Of a stretch of 64,000 bases of DNA, positions 29,486 to 40,014 are shown piece by piece. This DNA is from an uncultured Methylomirabilota bacterium (GTDB lineage: Bacteria; Methylomirabilota; Methylomirabilia; Methylomirabilales; 2-02-FULL-66-22). The position numbers and the translations under genes are program-made. Numbering within the stretch: the stretch's first letter is position 1; each line of letters begins with the position of its first letter. The notes below the pieces were generated by a model. The model saw only the letters and a program-made list of their open reading frames with translations, made no database searches and was not told where the DNA came from. The DNA lies in assembly GCA_963845565.1 (NCBI GenBank), contig CAWJSJ010000002.1, positions 640,001 through 704,000 on the forward strand. Reading direction: 5' to 3'.

Positions 29486-30220
29486 ATGCTGCGGGTCAAG
29501 AATCTCCACGTGTATTACGGACGGATCCACGCCCTGCGGGCCGCGTCCGTCCACGTGCGCGAGAAGGAGATCGTCGCCCTGCTCGGCGGGAACGGGTCGG
29601 GGAAGACCACGCTGCTGTCCGCCATCTCGGGCGTGGTCCGCGCCAGCTCGGGGGAGGTGGCGCTGGACGGGACGCCGATCACCGCGGCGCGGCCGGACCG
29701 GATCGTGCGCGCGGGGATCGCCCACGTGCCCGAGGGCCGGCACATCTTCAAGCCCCTCACGGTGGAGGACAACCTCCTGCTCGGGGCGTATCACCGGTTT
29801 GCCCGGGTCGGCCGGGCGACCGTGCGGGCGGAGACGGAGGAGGTGTTCCGCCTCTTCCCCGCGCTGGCCGGCCGGCGGAAGCAGGCGGCGGGAACCCTCT
29901 CGGGGGGGGAGCAGCAGATGCTGGCCATCGGACGCGCCCTCTTGTCCCACCCCAAGGTCCTCCTGCTGGACGAGCCGTCCATGGGGCTGGCCCCCAAGGT
30001 GATCCGGGAGATCTTCGACCACATCGCCCGGCTGCGAACGGAGCGGGGTGTGACGATCCTGCTGGTGGAGCAAAACGCGCGCGCGGCCCTGACCATCGCC
30101 GACCGTGGCTATGTGCTGGAGACGGGACGGGTGGTCCTGGAGGGACCGGCCGAGGACCTGCTGGCGAACAAGGATGTGCAGCGCGCCTATCTGGGCCGGG
30201 AACGCAGCGCGCCGGCGTGA
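29486..30220 (+). CDS. livF: ABC ATP-binding protein, LivF-like
   Basis: GGNGSGKTT; HVPEGR; LSGGEQQML; LDEPSMGLAP. Confidence 0.88.
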   Translation: MLRVKNLHVYYGRIHALRAASVHVREKEIVALLGGNGSGKTTLLSAISGVVRASSGEVALDGTPITAARPDRIVRAGIAHVPEGRHIFKPLTVEDNLLLGAYHRFARVGRATVRAETEEVFRLFPALAGRRKQAAGTLSGGEQQMLAIGRALLSHPKVLLLDEPSMGLAPKVIREIFDHIARLRTERGVTILLVEQNARAALTIADRGYVLETGRVVLEGPAEDLLANKDVQRAYLGRERSAPA

Positions 30221-30282
30221 GACGCGAAGGGCCCCGTCTTTAACGGCCAAGGCGCCACCGTGGACCGCCGCAGAGAGTGTGC

Positions 30283-30361
30283 AACCACAGATTTCACAGA
30301 TTACGCAGATTCTTCGGCCCTGTCTGAACCAGAATCTGTGCAATCTGCGTAATCTGTGGTT
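30283..30361. repeat. Inverted pair of 9-bp tandem-repeat arms (CRCAGATTN)x3
   Basis: AACCACAGATTTCACAGATTACGCAGATTCT faces AGAATCTGTGCAATCTGCGTAATCTGTGGTT. Confidence 0.8.
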
Positions 30362-30419
30362 CCCGTTACCGCAGCCCTCTTGCCCTCATGGTGGGTGAAT
30401 TCTACGAGGAGAACAGCCG

Positions 30420-31718
30420 ATGTTCTGGGAGCCGGATAACGAAGGCATGCATCGGGAAGAGCTGGAGCAACTGCAACTCGAACGCCTGCAGGCGACGCTG
30501 AATCGCGTGTACGGGCGCGTCCCCTTCTACCGGAAGCAGCTCGACGCCGCCGGCGTCGCCCCGGAGGACGTCGTTTCGCTCGGCGACCTGGCGCGCCTAC
30601 CCTTCACCACCAAGGCGGATCTGCGCGACAATTACCCCTACGGCCTCTTCGCGGTGCCGATGCGAGAGGTGGTGCGGATTCACGCGTCTTCGGGGACAAC
30701 GGGCACGCCCACGGTGGTCGGCTACACCCGAAACGACATCCGGACCTGGAGCAATCTGGTGGCCCGGATCCTCACCATGGGGGGCGTCACCAAGGACGAC
30801 GTCATCCAGATCGCCTTCGGCTACGGGCTGTTCACCGGGGCGTTCGGCCTGCACTACGGCGCCGAGCGGGTGGGGGCATCGGTCATCCCGGCCTCCAGCG
30901 GGAACACGGCGCGGCAGATCAAGATCATGCAGGACTTCAAGACGACCGCGCTGGTCTCCACGCCGTCCTATGCGCTGCTGATCGGCGACACGGTTCGGGA
31001 GATGGGGATCCCCCTGTCGGCCCTGTCGCTGAAGTGGGGGCTGTTCGGGGCCGAGCCGTGGTCGGACGCCATGCGGCAGGAGATCCAGGACCGGCTGGGG
31101 ATCGTGGCGACCGACAACTACGGCCTGTCCGAGGTGATCGGCCCCGGCGTCTCGGGTGAGTGCCTGGAGCGGAACGGCCTGCACATCAGCGAGGACCACT
31201 TCTTTGTGGAGGTGGTGGACCAGGAGACGCTCCAGCCGGTGCAACCGGGCGGCGTGGGGGAACTGGTCCTCACCACGCTCACCAAGGAGGCGTTCCCCAT
31301 GATCCGGTACCGGACGGGGGACTTGACCCGCTTGCTGCCCGATGGCTGCCCCTGTGGCCGGACGGGCCGCCGGATGAGCCGCGTCCTCGGGCGGAGCGAC
31401 GACATGCTGATCATCCGGGGCGTGAACGTCTTCCCCTCGCAGATCGAGACGGTGCTGTTCGAGATCGAGGGAACGGAGCCCCACTACCAGATCGTCGTGG
31501 ACCGGAAGGGGGCCATGGACGAGGCGACGGTACTCGTGGAGGTGGCCGAGTCGATCTTCTTCGACCAGATGCGACGACAGAAGGAGATGGTCGAGCGGAT
31601 CCAGAAGCGGCTGGCGCAGGAACTGGGCGTCAGCTTCGACGTCAAGCTGGTCGAGAAGAAGACGCTGGAGCGGTTCGAGGGCAAAGCCAAACGCGTGGTG
31701 GACAACCGGAGAATCTAG
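30420..31718 (+). CDS. paaK: Phenylacetate-CoA ligase family protein
   Basis: [47 protein letters not shown]. Confidence 0.88.
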   Translation: MFWEPDNEGMHREELEQLQLERLQATLNRVYGRVPFYRKQLDAAGVAPEDVVSLGDLARLPFTTKADLRDNYPYGLFAVPMREVVRIHASSGTTGTPTVVGYTRNDIRTWSNLVARILTMGGVTKDDVIQIAFGYGLFTGAFGLHYGAERVGASVIPASSGNTARQIKIMQDFKTTALVSTPSYALLIGDTVREMGIPLSALSLKWGLFGAEPWSDAMRQEIQDRLGIVATDNYGLSEVIGPGVSGECLERNGLHISEDHFFVEVVDQETLQPVQPGGVGELVLTTLTKEAFPMIRYRTGDLTRLLPDGCPCGRTGRRMSRVLGRSDDMLIIRGVNVFPSQIETVLFEIEGTEPHYQIVVDRKGAMDEATVLVEVAESIFFDQMRRQKEMVERIQKRLAQELGVSFDVKLVEKKTLERFEGKAKRVVDNRRI

Positions 31719-31888
31719 CCGGCTGCTGAAAAAGGCCCATCTGCTGCGTTGGCTCACTCGGGCGCTCATTGCGGCGTACCTGGAGTACGCCTTGACCCAC
31801 CTTCGGTGGGTGCCCCGCCCTGCGTTCGCCGCCTTGCATCTGGGCCTTTTTGAGCAGCCTGGGCAAGAACGGGTTCTTCAGAAACCTG
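31719..31888 (+). mobile_element. MITE-like element, family B (CTAG-flanked)
   Basis: Ends CCGGCTGCTGAAAAAG and TTCTTCAGAAACCTG; CTAG at 31715-31718 and 31889-31892; homologous copy at 48026-48215. Confidence 0.8.
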
Positions 31889-31958
31889 CTAGTCCGGCCG
31901 GCCCGACGGGACGGCGTGCACGTCCGAGTGATGGCAACCGCCAGGGCCGGCGAAGGCG

Positions 31959-33887
31959 TTACAGGTTCTCGATCGGCACGGGCGGGATCGGGTCGGCGGG
32001 CGTGAAACCGAAGACCCTCGCGAAGAAATAGAGTTCTCCCTCCAGCGCCCGACGGATGTTCTCCGCCTTCCGGAAGCCGTGCTGTTCGCCTTCGAAGGGT
32101 ACGTAGGCCGTCGGGACGCCCCGTTTTCGCAGGGCGTCGAACAGCCTCTCCGCTTGATTCGGCGGGACGACCTTGTCGTCCAGACCCTGGAAGAAGATCA
32201 CGGGGCGGTCCAGGCCCTCCAGGTGATGCAGCGGCGATCGTGCGAGGTAGAGGTCGCGCCGCTCGGGGTAGAGGCCGATCAGGCCGTCCAGGTAGCGCGA
32301 CTCGAACTTGTGCGTGTCCTGCGCCAGCATCTCGCAGTCGCTGACCCCGTAGTGGCTGGCCCCGGCGGCGAAGACCTTCCGGAAGGCAAGGCAGGCCAGC
32401 GTGGTGTAACCGCCGGCGCTGCCCCCCCGGATGGCGAGGCGCTTCCCATCGACGCGCCCCGCCGCCGCCAGGTAGGTCGCGCCGAAACAACAGTCATCCA
32501 CGTCCACCACCCCCCACGCCCCGCAGAGCCGCTCGCGATACGCCCGCCCGTACCCGGTGCTACCGCCGTAGTTCACGTCCAGGACGGCGATCCCACGACT
32601 GGTGTAGAACTGGATGTTCAACCGCAACGCCGTGGAGGTCATGGAGGTCGGGCCCCCGTGGATCATCACCACCAGCGGGGGCCGCTCGCCCGGCGGCGCC
32701 ACGAAGTCCGGGTTCCTGGGTGGATAGAAGAGGCCGTGGGCCGTTCGACCCTCCGCGGTCGGAAACTCGATGGGCTCGGGCGCCGACAGGTACTCGGGGC
32801 CGATCGCGAGCGCGGTGGAACGACGCAGGACCTGGCGATGGCCGGTTTCCAGGTCCAGGCGAATGACCGACAACGGCTCGCTGGGCGAGCCGGCCAGGAA
32901 GACCGCGTGCGAGCCGCGGCATTGGACCGAGGCGATGTCGGTGAAGGGGAGGTCGATCGGCGAGAGTCGCCCGGTGTTGGTGTCGAGACTGGCGAGTGCC
33001 CAGGTCCCTCGGCGGGTGAGGGCGCACAGGATGCGATGCGGGGCGGCGAAGGCGTAGTTGGTCATCCCGAAGACCCATGGCGGCGTGGCGAACTCCGCGT
33101 CCAGGTTGGTCAACGGCTCGACGCGACCACTGACGACGCCGTACAGGTTCCACCAGTCGCTGCGGTCCGACGCGAAGTGGAGCGTGCCGCCGGGTGACCA
33201 GACAGGCTGGATGGCCGACTCGAGGGCGCCGCCCGCGATGTGAATGGGCTTGCCCAACGCACCATGACCCTCGACCGGCGCCATCCAGAGTTCGGCGGCA
33301 TCCCACGGCATGTGGGGATGGCTCCACTCCAGCCACGCGAGCGAGGCGCCGTCCGGGCTGAGCCGCGGGGCCGCGTAAAAATCCCGGCCCGCCGCTAGCA
33401 CCTGGTCCGGCCCGCCGCCTTCCGGGTCCAGCGCGACGATAGCATTGCGGGGCTCGTCGTCGTGCGTGTGATCCTCGCGCACACAGACAATCCGCCGCCG
33501 CCGCGCGTCCCAGGCGTAATCCGCGTACCGCAGGCCGCCCGGCGGTGTGAGGGGCGCCGCCGCCCCATCGGGTCGGAGGCGATACACGCGCTGGTCGGAG
33601 AAGTTCGAGAAGTAGATCACCCCGTCCGCGACGAGATAGGAGCCGCCCCCGTACTCGTGCACGCGAGTGCGGGCGTTGTAACCATCGGGAATGGCGTCCT
33701 CGACGGTCCCGTCCGGTCGGTGTCGGACCACCACGGACCGCCCGCCCTCTGAGGGCCGCATCTCCAGCCAGTACACGGCGTCGCCGTCCAGCCGGATCTC
33801 GCTGAGGCCGATGGCACCCGACGCGATCTCGGCAGCGCTGAGCGGCGAGGTCCAGGATCCATAGGGCCGGGTATGCGGTGCACTCAT
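31959..33887 (-). CDS. S9 family peptidase (acylaminoacyl/dipeptidyl peptidase-like)
   Basis: HGGPT; GGSAGG nucleophile; DKVVPP; EQHGF. Confidence 0.92.
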   Translation of the reverse strand: MSAPHTRPYGSWTSPLSAAEIASGAIGLSEIRLDGDAVYWLEMRPSEGGRSVVVRHRPDGTVEDAIPDGYNARTRVHEYGGGSYLVADGVIYFSNFSDQRVYRLRPDGAAAPLTPPGGLRYADYAWDARRRRIVCVREDHTHDDEPRNAIVALDPEGGGPDQVLAAGRDFYAAPRLSPDGASLAWLEWSHPHMPWDAAELWMAPVEGHGALGKPIHIAGGALESAIQPVWSPGGTLHFASDRSDWWNLYGVVSGRVEPLTNLDAEFATPPWVFGMTNYAFAAPHRILCALTRRGTWALASLDTNTGRLSPIDLPFTDIASVQCRGSHAVFLAGSPSEPLSVIRLDLETGHRQVLRRSTALAIGPEYLSAPEPIEFPTAEGRTAHGLFYPPRNPDFVAPPGERPPLVVMIHGGPTSMTSTALRLNIQFYTSRGIAVLDVNYGGSTGYGRAYRERLCGAWGVVDVDDCCFGATYLAAAGRVDGKRLAIRGGSAGGYTTLACLAFRKVFAAGASHYGVSDCEMLAQDTHKFESRYLDGLIGLYPERRDLYLARSPLHHLEGLDRPVIFFQGLDDKVVPPNQAERLFDALRKRGVPTAYVPFEGEQHGFRKAENIRRALEGELYFFARVFGFTPADPIPPVPIENL

Positions 33888-33971
33888 CTCCCACTCCTTT
33901 CCCGTGCCACGCGGGACGCGCGATTCAGATGACCCATGCTACCACACGGACCGCGGGAAAGGAGCGACGAC

Positions 33972-34433
33972 ATGCGGCGGGATGATGCGGTGGTGCCGCT
34001 GGCGGAGATCGAGCGGCACATTCTCACTCTTCGAGGGCAAAAGCTGATGCTGGACGGTGATCTGGCTGACCTCTACGGGGTCCCCACCAAACGGCTGAAT
34101 GAACAAGGCCGGCGCAATCTGGGGCGCTTTCCGCCGGACTTCATGTTTCAGTTGTCCGCGGAAGAGGTGAGCGCTTTGAGGTCGCAAATTGCGACCTCAA
34201 AACCAGGACGTGGCGGGCGGCACTATCTCCCGTATGCCTTTTCCGAGCATGGGGCCATCATGCTGGCAAAGGCGATTCTCTCCCTGGTCCCGACGATCCG
34301 CCAGCTCATGGCTCCGCCGGAGAAGCCACGGAGGTCCATCGGGTTCAAGGTCGAGGAGGGCCGGCCCGTATACCGGCGGCCGCGGCGACGTAACGCGCGA
34401 TGCGTTCAGTATGGTGTCCCCGGAATTTGCTGA
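33972..34433 (+). pseudogene. ORF6N-domain protein, probably internally deleted
   Basis: LRGQKLMLDGDLADLYGV.TKRLNEQ..RN..RFPPDFMFQL; PYAFSEHGAIMLA runs directly into IRQLMAPPEKPRRSIGF. Confidence 0.7.
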
Positions 34434-34805
34434 GCCACTGTCCCCGTCGAATATCCCTGTCCCCCCGTCGGTACCGCAGGCGGCGACCGAGCGGCCGGCG
34501 GAGTCAGTGAGCTTGGACAGGGTGCACTCGGCCGAAGAGCGCGAACAATCGAAAACGGGGACGGGGGATTTCAAGCAGTTACGCGTCCGAAGGTGTCCGG
34601 TACCTTTTTTGCGGGTTGAGGAAGGGCGGCCGGCGTATCGGCGCCGCCGTCGGCAGCAGAGCAGCGCCGCAAAGGCCCGATCTGAGCCCCTGTCCCTGCC
34701 GAATATCGCTGTCGCCCCGGGGGACGTCAACCACGCGCATTCCGCTTTGCCCGGCTAGCTCTCTCGTGCATAATGAGGCCCGCCTGCGTTGCCCGGGGAG
34801 CCCCC

Positions 34806-35744
34806 ATGCCCTTCGACCTGTGCCGGAGTCTGATCGAGAACGTCTCGCGTGTCATCGTCGGCAAGGGGCCGACGATCGAGCTACTGGTGGCGGCGCTCCT
34901 CGCCGAGGGGCACGTGCTGATCGAGGACCTGCCGGGCCTCGGGAAGACCCTCATCGCCAAGACGCTGGCCCGGAGCATCGGCGCGACCTTCAAGCGCATC
35001 CAGTTCACGCCCGACCTCTTGCCGGCCGATGTCACCGGCTTCAACGTGTACAACCAGCAGAGCGGGCAGTTCACGTTCCAGCCTGGGCCGGTGCTCACCC
35101 ACGTCCTGCTGGCCGACGAGATCAATCGCACCATTCCCCGCACCCAGGCGAGCCTCCTCGAGAGCATGGAGGAGCGCCAGGTCACGGTGGACGGGAAGAC
35201 GTACCCCCTCCCCCGCCCCTTCCTCGTCCTGGCCACGCAGAACCCCATCGAGATGGAGGGCACGTTCCCGCTGCCGGAGGCCCAGCTTGACCGGTTCCTG
35301 CTCCGCGTGCGGATCGGCTACCCCGAGGCGCACGAGGAGATCGCGATCCTCGAGCGGTTCCAGGAGCGCGACCCGCTGCACGAGCTGCAGCCCGTCGCGG
35401 CGCCTGAAGACGTGGCCGCGCTGCAGGAGGCCCGGAGAAAGATTCACGTCTCCGGCGCGGTCCGCGAGTACATCACCGCCATCGTTCGCGCCACGCGGGA
35501 GAACGCCGCGCTGCGTCTCGGCGCCAGCCCCCGCGGCTCGCTGGCCCTGATGCGCGCCGGCCAGGCCCGGGCCGTTCTCCACGGCCGCGACTTTGTCCTC
35601 CCCGACGACGTGAAGGCCCTCGCCGTCCCCGTCCTGGCCCACCGTCTGATCCTCCGGGAGGAAGAGCGATTGCGCGGCACCACGCAGGATCGGCTCGCGG
35701 AAGAGATCACAGAGGCGGTCCCCGTACCCGCGCCCGGCCGCTGA
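34806..35744 (+). CDS. MoxR-family AAA+ ATPase
   Basis: GHVLIEDLPGLGKT; RIQFTPDLLPADVTG; DEINR; ATQNPIEMEGTFPLPEAQLDRF. Confidence 0.93.
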   Translation: MPFDLCRSLIENVSRVIVGKGPTIELLVAALLAEGHVLIEDLPGLGKTLIAKTLARSIGATFKRIQFTPDLLPADVTGFNVYNQQSGQFTFQPGPVLTHVLLADEINRTIPRTQASLLESMEERQVTVDGKTYPLPRPFLVLATQNPIEMEGTFPLPEAQLDRFLLRVRIGYPEAHEEIAILERFQERDPLHELQPVAAPEDVAALQEARRKIHVSGAVREYITAIVRATRENAALRLGASPRGSLALMRAGQARAVLHGRDFVLPDDVKALAVPVLAHRLILREEERLRGTTQDRLAEEITEAVPVPAPGR

Positions 35745-35748
35745 GGCC

Positions 35749-36897
35749 GTGGACACCCTGCCGCCGCGCATCTCCAGCCTCTTCGTCCTTCCCCCGGGCC
35801 TGTGCCTCATCGGCCTGCTCCTCTTCGTGGCGCTGCTGAACGGCCAGCGCGAGCTGACCGTCCTCTCGCTCCTGGTCCTCGGCATGGCGGGGGTCGCAAA
35901 GCTCTGGGCCCGGGCAACGCGGGCCGGTCTGCGCTGCCGGGTGGCGCTCGACCGGGACCGCCTCTTCCCCGGGGAAACGGCACGTCTCACGGCCGAGGTC
36001 GAGAACCGCCGCGTCCTGCCCGCGCTGGTCGAGGTGGCGGTGCCCGCCCAGGGCCTCCTCCCCCCCGGCCAAAAAGCCGCGCACGGGGAGCGAGGCCTGC
36101 TCTGGTATCAGACGGGCACGTTTCGGTGGGAACTGCAGGCGTTCCGCCGCGGGGTGTACCAGGTGGGACCTGGGCGCATGCGAAGCGGCGACCTCCTCGG
36201 CTTCTACGCCGCCAGCCGGACGGCCGGGGAGCCCGCGGAAGTCCTCGTCTATCCGCGGATCCGACCGCTCGCACGTCCCGCCGTGCCGCGGCGCGATTTC
36301 TTCGGGATTCCCGGGGCTGACAGCCCCGTCCGGGATCCGGTCTACATCCTGGGGACCCGCGACTACCAGCCGGGGCGCCCGGCCAAGCACATCCACTGGA
36401 AAGCGAGCGCCCGCCACCACCGGCTGCAGGAGAAACTCTTCGAGCCCTCCGAGCAGGAGAAGGTGCTGCTGGCGGTCACGGTGGAGGGCTTCGCGCAGGC
36501 CGAGGCCGAAGCGTTCGAGGGGACGATCGAGGCCTGTGCCTCCCTCGCCGTGCGGCTCGACCGCGCCGGCGTCGCGCTCGGCATCGCGGTGGACGGCGTT
36601 CTGGTGGGCGCGGCGGCGGCGCTGGTGCCCGTCGGCCGACGTCCGCATCAGCTCCAGGCCATTCTGGAGCTGCTGGCCCGCCTCACATCGACGCCCGCGG
36701 CGCCGCTCCTGGACGTCCTGGGGCCGACCCTGCCCTGGGGCCTGACCTGTGTCTGCTTCTCGCTGGAGGGCGCCCGGGGCGCGGCCGTCGCGTCCCTGGA
36801 GCACCGCCGGGTGCCCGTGCTGCGGGTGGCGGCGCGACCCGGCCCGGAAGCGAGCGCCCACGCCCTGGACGTCATCCCGGCGGGAGGGCGAGCGTGA
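35749..36897 (+). CDS. DUF58 domain protein
   Basis: N-terminal TM segments; RDYQPGRPAKHIHWKASAR; follows MoxR. Confidence 0.85.
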   Translation: MDTLPPRISSLFVLPPGLCLIGLLLFVALLNGQRELTVLSLLVLGMAGVAKLWARATRAGLRCRVALDRDRLFPGETARLTAEVENRRVLPALVEVAVPAQGLLPPGQKAAHGERGLLWYQTGTFRWELQAFRRGVYQVGPGRMRSGDLLGFYAASRTAGEPAEVLVYPRIRPLARPAVPRRDFFGIPGADSPVRDPVYILGTRDYQPGRPAKHIHWKASARHHRLQEKLFEPSEQEKVLLAVTVEGFAQAEAEAFEGTIEACASLAVRLDRAGVALGIAVDGVLVGAAAALVPVGRRPHQLQAILELLARLTSTPAAPLLDVLGPTLPWGLTCVCFSLEGARGAAVASLEHRRVPVLRVAARPGPEASAHALDVIPAGGRA

Positions 36898-38300
36898 TCG
36901 TCCTCCTCGCCATCTGCATGGAGGTCTCCTGGCTGTCCGCCTGGGCCACGCTCGGCACCGCGGCGATGCTGGGACACCCCTTCGCGCTGGTCGAAGCCGC
37001 GATCGCGCTCGCCGGTGCGGTCCTCGTCACGCGTCTGTCATCGGGGCGCGGCTGGCTGGTGCTCGGCGTGCTGACGCTCCAGGCCGCTGGGCTCCTGGGG
37101 GCCACCGCGCTCGTCCTCCACGCGCTCTATTCCCCCGCAGAGCCGCTCATGGCGACCGCCTGGCTGCGCGACCTGGTCCGCGCAGACCAGCCGCCCCAGC
37201 AGTGGGCCATCCTCGTCGTCAACGGCGCCTGGGCGCTCGCCTTCTGGCTGTCCGGTGTGCTGCTCGCGCGCCGAGGGCAGACGTATGAGCGCCTCTGCGC
37301 GCGATTCGATGTCGGCCTGGCGGCCTTCTTCGCCCTGTTCCTGGTTCGGCTCGCCGTCGCCGCCAACGGCGGCGCCGTGGACGACCCGATCTCGCACCTC
37401 TTCATGTTCCCGTTCGTCGTCGCGAGCCTGGTCGCCATCGGCCTGGTGCGCACGGCGGGTGACAGCCCGACCGCCTTCCTCTCCGGCCATCGGGGCGCCG
37501 GCATCTTCCTCACCTTCGCTGCCACCGCGCTGCTCTCCGCCGCCACCCTCACGCTCGTCGCCCTGCCCTATCTGCGGGCGGCCTCGCAGGTCGGGCTGAC
37601 GGGCCTGAAGGCCGCCGGCCGCGTCGTCAGCCCGCTCTTGATCTGGATCCTACGGCTTCTCTTCGCACCGCAGACCCTTCGGACGGACGCCGGCGGGGCG
37701 CGGAGCGGGGGCGGTACGCCGGATGTCAGCGGCGTGATGGCGCAGGGTGGTGGGTGGTGGGGCGAGATGCTCGAGAAGCTTCTGGGATGGGGCCTGGTAG
37801 GGGCCGTCGCCCTCGCCGGGGCGGCGGCCGTCGGCGTGGCCCTCTTCTACCTGTGCAGATACCTGCTGTCGCGCACCAGGCGAAGCCGGCCAGGGCCGCG
37901 ACGCCGTCGATGGCTCTTTCGTCTCCGGCCTCGGCCCAGCCGCCGCGCGGCCGCCCTAACGGCAACCGATTTTTATGTCCGGCTCCTCGGCTGGGCGAGA
38001 CGAAGCGGGCTGCCGCGCGCCACGGCCGAGACGGCCTCCGAGCTCGCCGCACGCCTGCAAGGCCGCTTTCCGCCGCTCGCCGCGACGATTGCGGCGATCG
38101 TGAAAGCCTACAACGAGGAAGCCTACCGCGAGGTCGGGCCCGGCCCGGCTGGGCTGGGGGAGCTTGGCGCCGCCTGGCGGGAGCTCCGGCGCGTCGCGCA
38201 TTGGCCGACGCGGCTCCACGCCTGGTGGACCGCGTCGGCGGAACCCGGTCAGGCGCCTCTGCCCATCCCAGCGAACCGTCCGCGCTCGCACCCGACCTAG
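36894..38300 (+). CDS. Multi-TM protein with C-terminal DUF4129-like domain
   Basis: Many TM helices; YVRLLGWARRSGLPRATAETASELAAR...YNEEAY. Confidence 0.7.
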   Translation: MIVLLAICMEVSWLSAWATLGTAAMLGHPFALVEAAIALAGAVLVTRLSSGRGWLVLGVLTLQAAGLLGATALVLHALYSPAEPLMATAWLRDLVRADQPPQQWAILVVNGAWALAFWLSGVLLARRGQTYERLCARFDVGLAAFFALFLVRLAVAANGGAVDDPISHLFMFPFVVASLVAIGLVRTAGDSPTAFLSGHRGAGIFLTFAATALLSAATLTLVALPYLRAASQVGLTGLKAAGRVVSPLLIWILRLLFAPQTLRTDAGGARSGGGTPDVSGVMAQGGGWWGEMLEKLLGWGLVGAVALAGAAAVGVALFYLCRYLLSRTRRSRPGPRRRRWLFRLRPRPSRRAAALTATDFYVRLLGWARRSGLPRATAETASELAARLQGRFPPLAATIAAIVKAYNEEAYREVGPGPAGLGELGAAWRELRRVAHWPTRLHAWWTASAEPGQAPLPIPANRPRSHPT

Positions 38301-38334
38301 CCCCGCCGTGTCCTGCAGCGCGGCAGCGGCACAG

Positions 38335-38364
38335 AGACGGGTTCGATTCCCTCGCGTGGCACCA
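38335..38364 (+). other. tRNA 3'-end fragment (att-like scar)
   Basis: GGGTTCGATTCCC T-arm plus GCGTGGCACCA; no D or anticodon arm upstream. Confidence 0.5.
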
Positions 38365-38665
38365 TCCGGCCCGCGGAACCCAACCGGCTACCGGGGGACG
38401 TTCCGGCGTAGATTGTCTTACGCTCCCGTCGGGAGCCCGCATCCCGCAGAGCACGACGAGGACGCAGGATCCAGGTGCGCGTGCTGTGTGTGGTGCCCTG
38501 CCCCCATTCACACCCTTGCAAAAGCCGTCGTCGGGTCGATGAGTGGCATCAATAAGAGGGTTGGTGCCGGGGGCCCGAACACACGGGTGTAATTACTTGG
38601 AAACAGGAGCTTCTGGTGGTGCCGTTCAGCGGGGAGTCGGCGGCTTGAGCACATTGGCTCCGCAT

Positions 38666-38944
38666 TCAGGACGCGGGGGCAGTCCCCTGAGGCAGGGAGT
38701 GTACGCGCCCGGGTCGGGCCCGCCAGGGTTCTTGCGATCCAAAGGGTTCCGACCACGGAGCGTTACCGGCCTGGGTGATAGTAGGGGCGATACGGGGAAG
38801 CATGGAGTACCCCCCTCCCCCATGGCCTCTATAGTACCCGCCGTCCCCATACCACCACCCGCCACGCGGGACGATGACACACCCGGACAGGAGCGTCGCC
38901 GTCAGCACGCCAACCGCGAGGAGCAGCATATTCCGGGATTTCAT
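38666..38944 (-). CDS. Small Gly/Tyr-rich lipoprotein
   Basis: Signal peptide with lipobox LSGC; GGWWYGDGGYYRGHGGGGY. Confidence 0.6.
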   Translation of the reverse strand: MKSRNMLLLAVGVLTATLLSGCVIVPRGGWWYGDGGYYRGHGGGGYSMLPRIAPTITQAGNAPWSEPFGSQEPWRARPGRVHSLPQGTAPAS

Positions 38945-39094
38945 GTTGTACCCTCTGAGGGACGGGCCGTGGGGTCCGCTCGCACGACCCGTCCCGTTCC
39001 GCGTACCTTCTGATCCATCCGCAGTCGATCCGAACTCGATCTGATCCGTGATCTTCCACCGTGGTCCGTCGTGCCCCTCGCCCGGCGCGACGAG

Positions 39095-39449
39095 TTAATG
39101 GCGGTTCCATCCACGCCCACGCTCGTACCGTGCCTGATGCCAGTGGTGCCCGGGCGCCGCGTGGCGATGGATCACCACCGGGGCCGACTGGTAGACGACG
39201 GGGGGGGCGACGTACACCACCGGCGGCGCGGGCGCGTACACGATCGGGGGGGGCGCATAGGCAACGGGGAGGGCGAGTACCGGGGGCGAAGGCATTCACA
39301 AGCACGCCCCCGACCACAGCGGCCGTGGCCCCGAGAACCAGTCCCGCCGCCAAGGCACTCCCCGAATGACGATCCCCCGCCAGTGCGGCGCCGGGAAGGG
39401 CAGCGCACAACAGGGCTCCAAGCAGAGTGATCACGAGGAACTTACGCAT
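39095..39449 (-). pseudogene. Exported Pro-rich protein with an apparent frameshift in a C-run near 39283
   Basis: AAGGAGG RBS and signal peptide MRKFLVITLL...ALA; the YAPPPIVYAPAPPVVY tail is in another frame. Confidence 0.6.
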
Positions 39450-39769
39450 TTGACGCCCTCCTTCCTGAACGACGTTGACTTCCTTCATGCCTCGCTAGTT
39501 TGACCATCACATGTGAGTGAGTAGTCACTTATATGTCTGCATTGTTGTACGTGTTATGCTCCTGCGGTGTTTCATGATTTCCTTCGAGCCATACGCCGTC
39601 CTATTCTCACCACATGATCACAACCCGGATGGTCGTATTTTCTTGTAGATAGAAGAACAATATAGGGCGGGAGGAAGCGAAAAGGCGGCCTGGCCTGAAG
39701 GGATTCCAGTTCCAAAAAAATCCTGTCGCGGAACAGACGGGGGGATTACTCCTGGGCATCTCTGCCCTC

Positions 39770-39794
39770 ATCCCCGAGGGGAATCGAACCCTTC
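39770..39794 (-). other. tRNA T-arm/acceptor fragment
   Basis: Minus strand reads AAGGGTTCGATTCCCCTCGGGGAT; no complete cloverleaf. Confidence 0.4.
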
Positions 39795-40014
39795 AGGGGT
39801 TTGTCGAAGCCCAGCAAGAAGTTACTGGCGGGAACGATTCTCCAGGGGGATCTTCTTCAAAGATATCCCCGACGCAGGACCGGGGATCGTCCCGGCCTCC
39901 GCCCCGATACCGCTTCACGGCGGGCAATCGGCCTGTCCGGATACGGTCGCAGAGCGTATTGACGGACAGGCGGACGGTCGTGCCAAAGGCTTTCAGCGTC
40001 ATGTCCCGATCCAC
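39793..40014 (-). pseudogene. Excisionase-like HTH remnant
   Basis: LSVNTLCDRIRTGRLPAVK resembles HTH_17/excisionase domains; adjacent to the tRNA fragment. Confidence 0.35.

Noticed and set aside
12107..30361. CRISPR array suggested by the short repeats
   Set aside because: Units are 7-9 bp and tandem with no unique spacers; no cas genes are in the window.
38300..38364. Complete tRNA gene
   Set aside because: Only the T-arm and acceptor 3' strand are present; no D-arm or anticodon arm can be folded.
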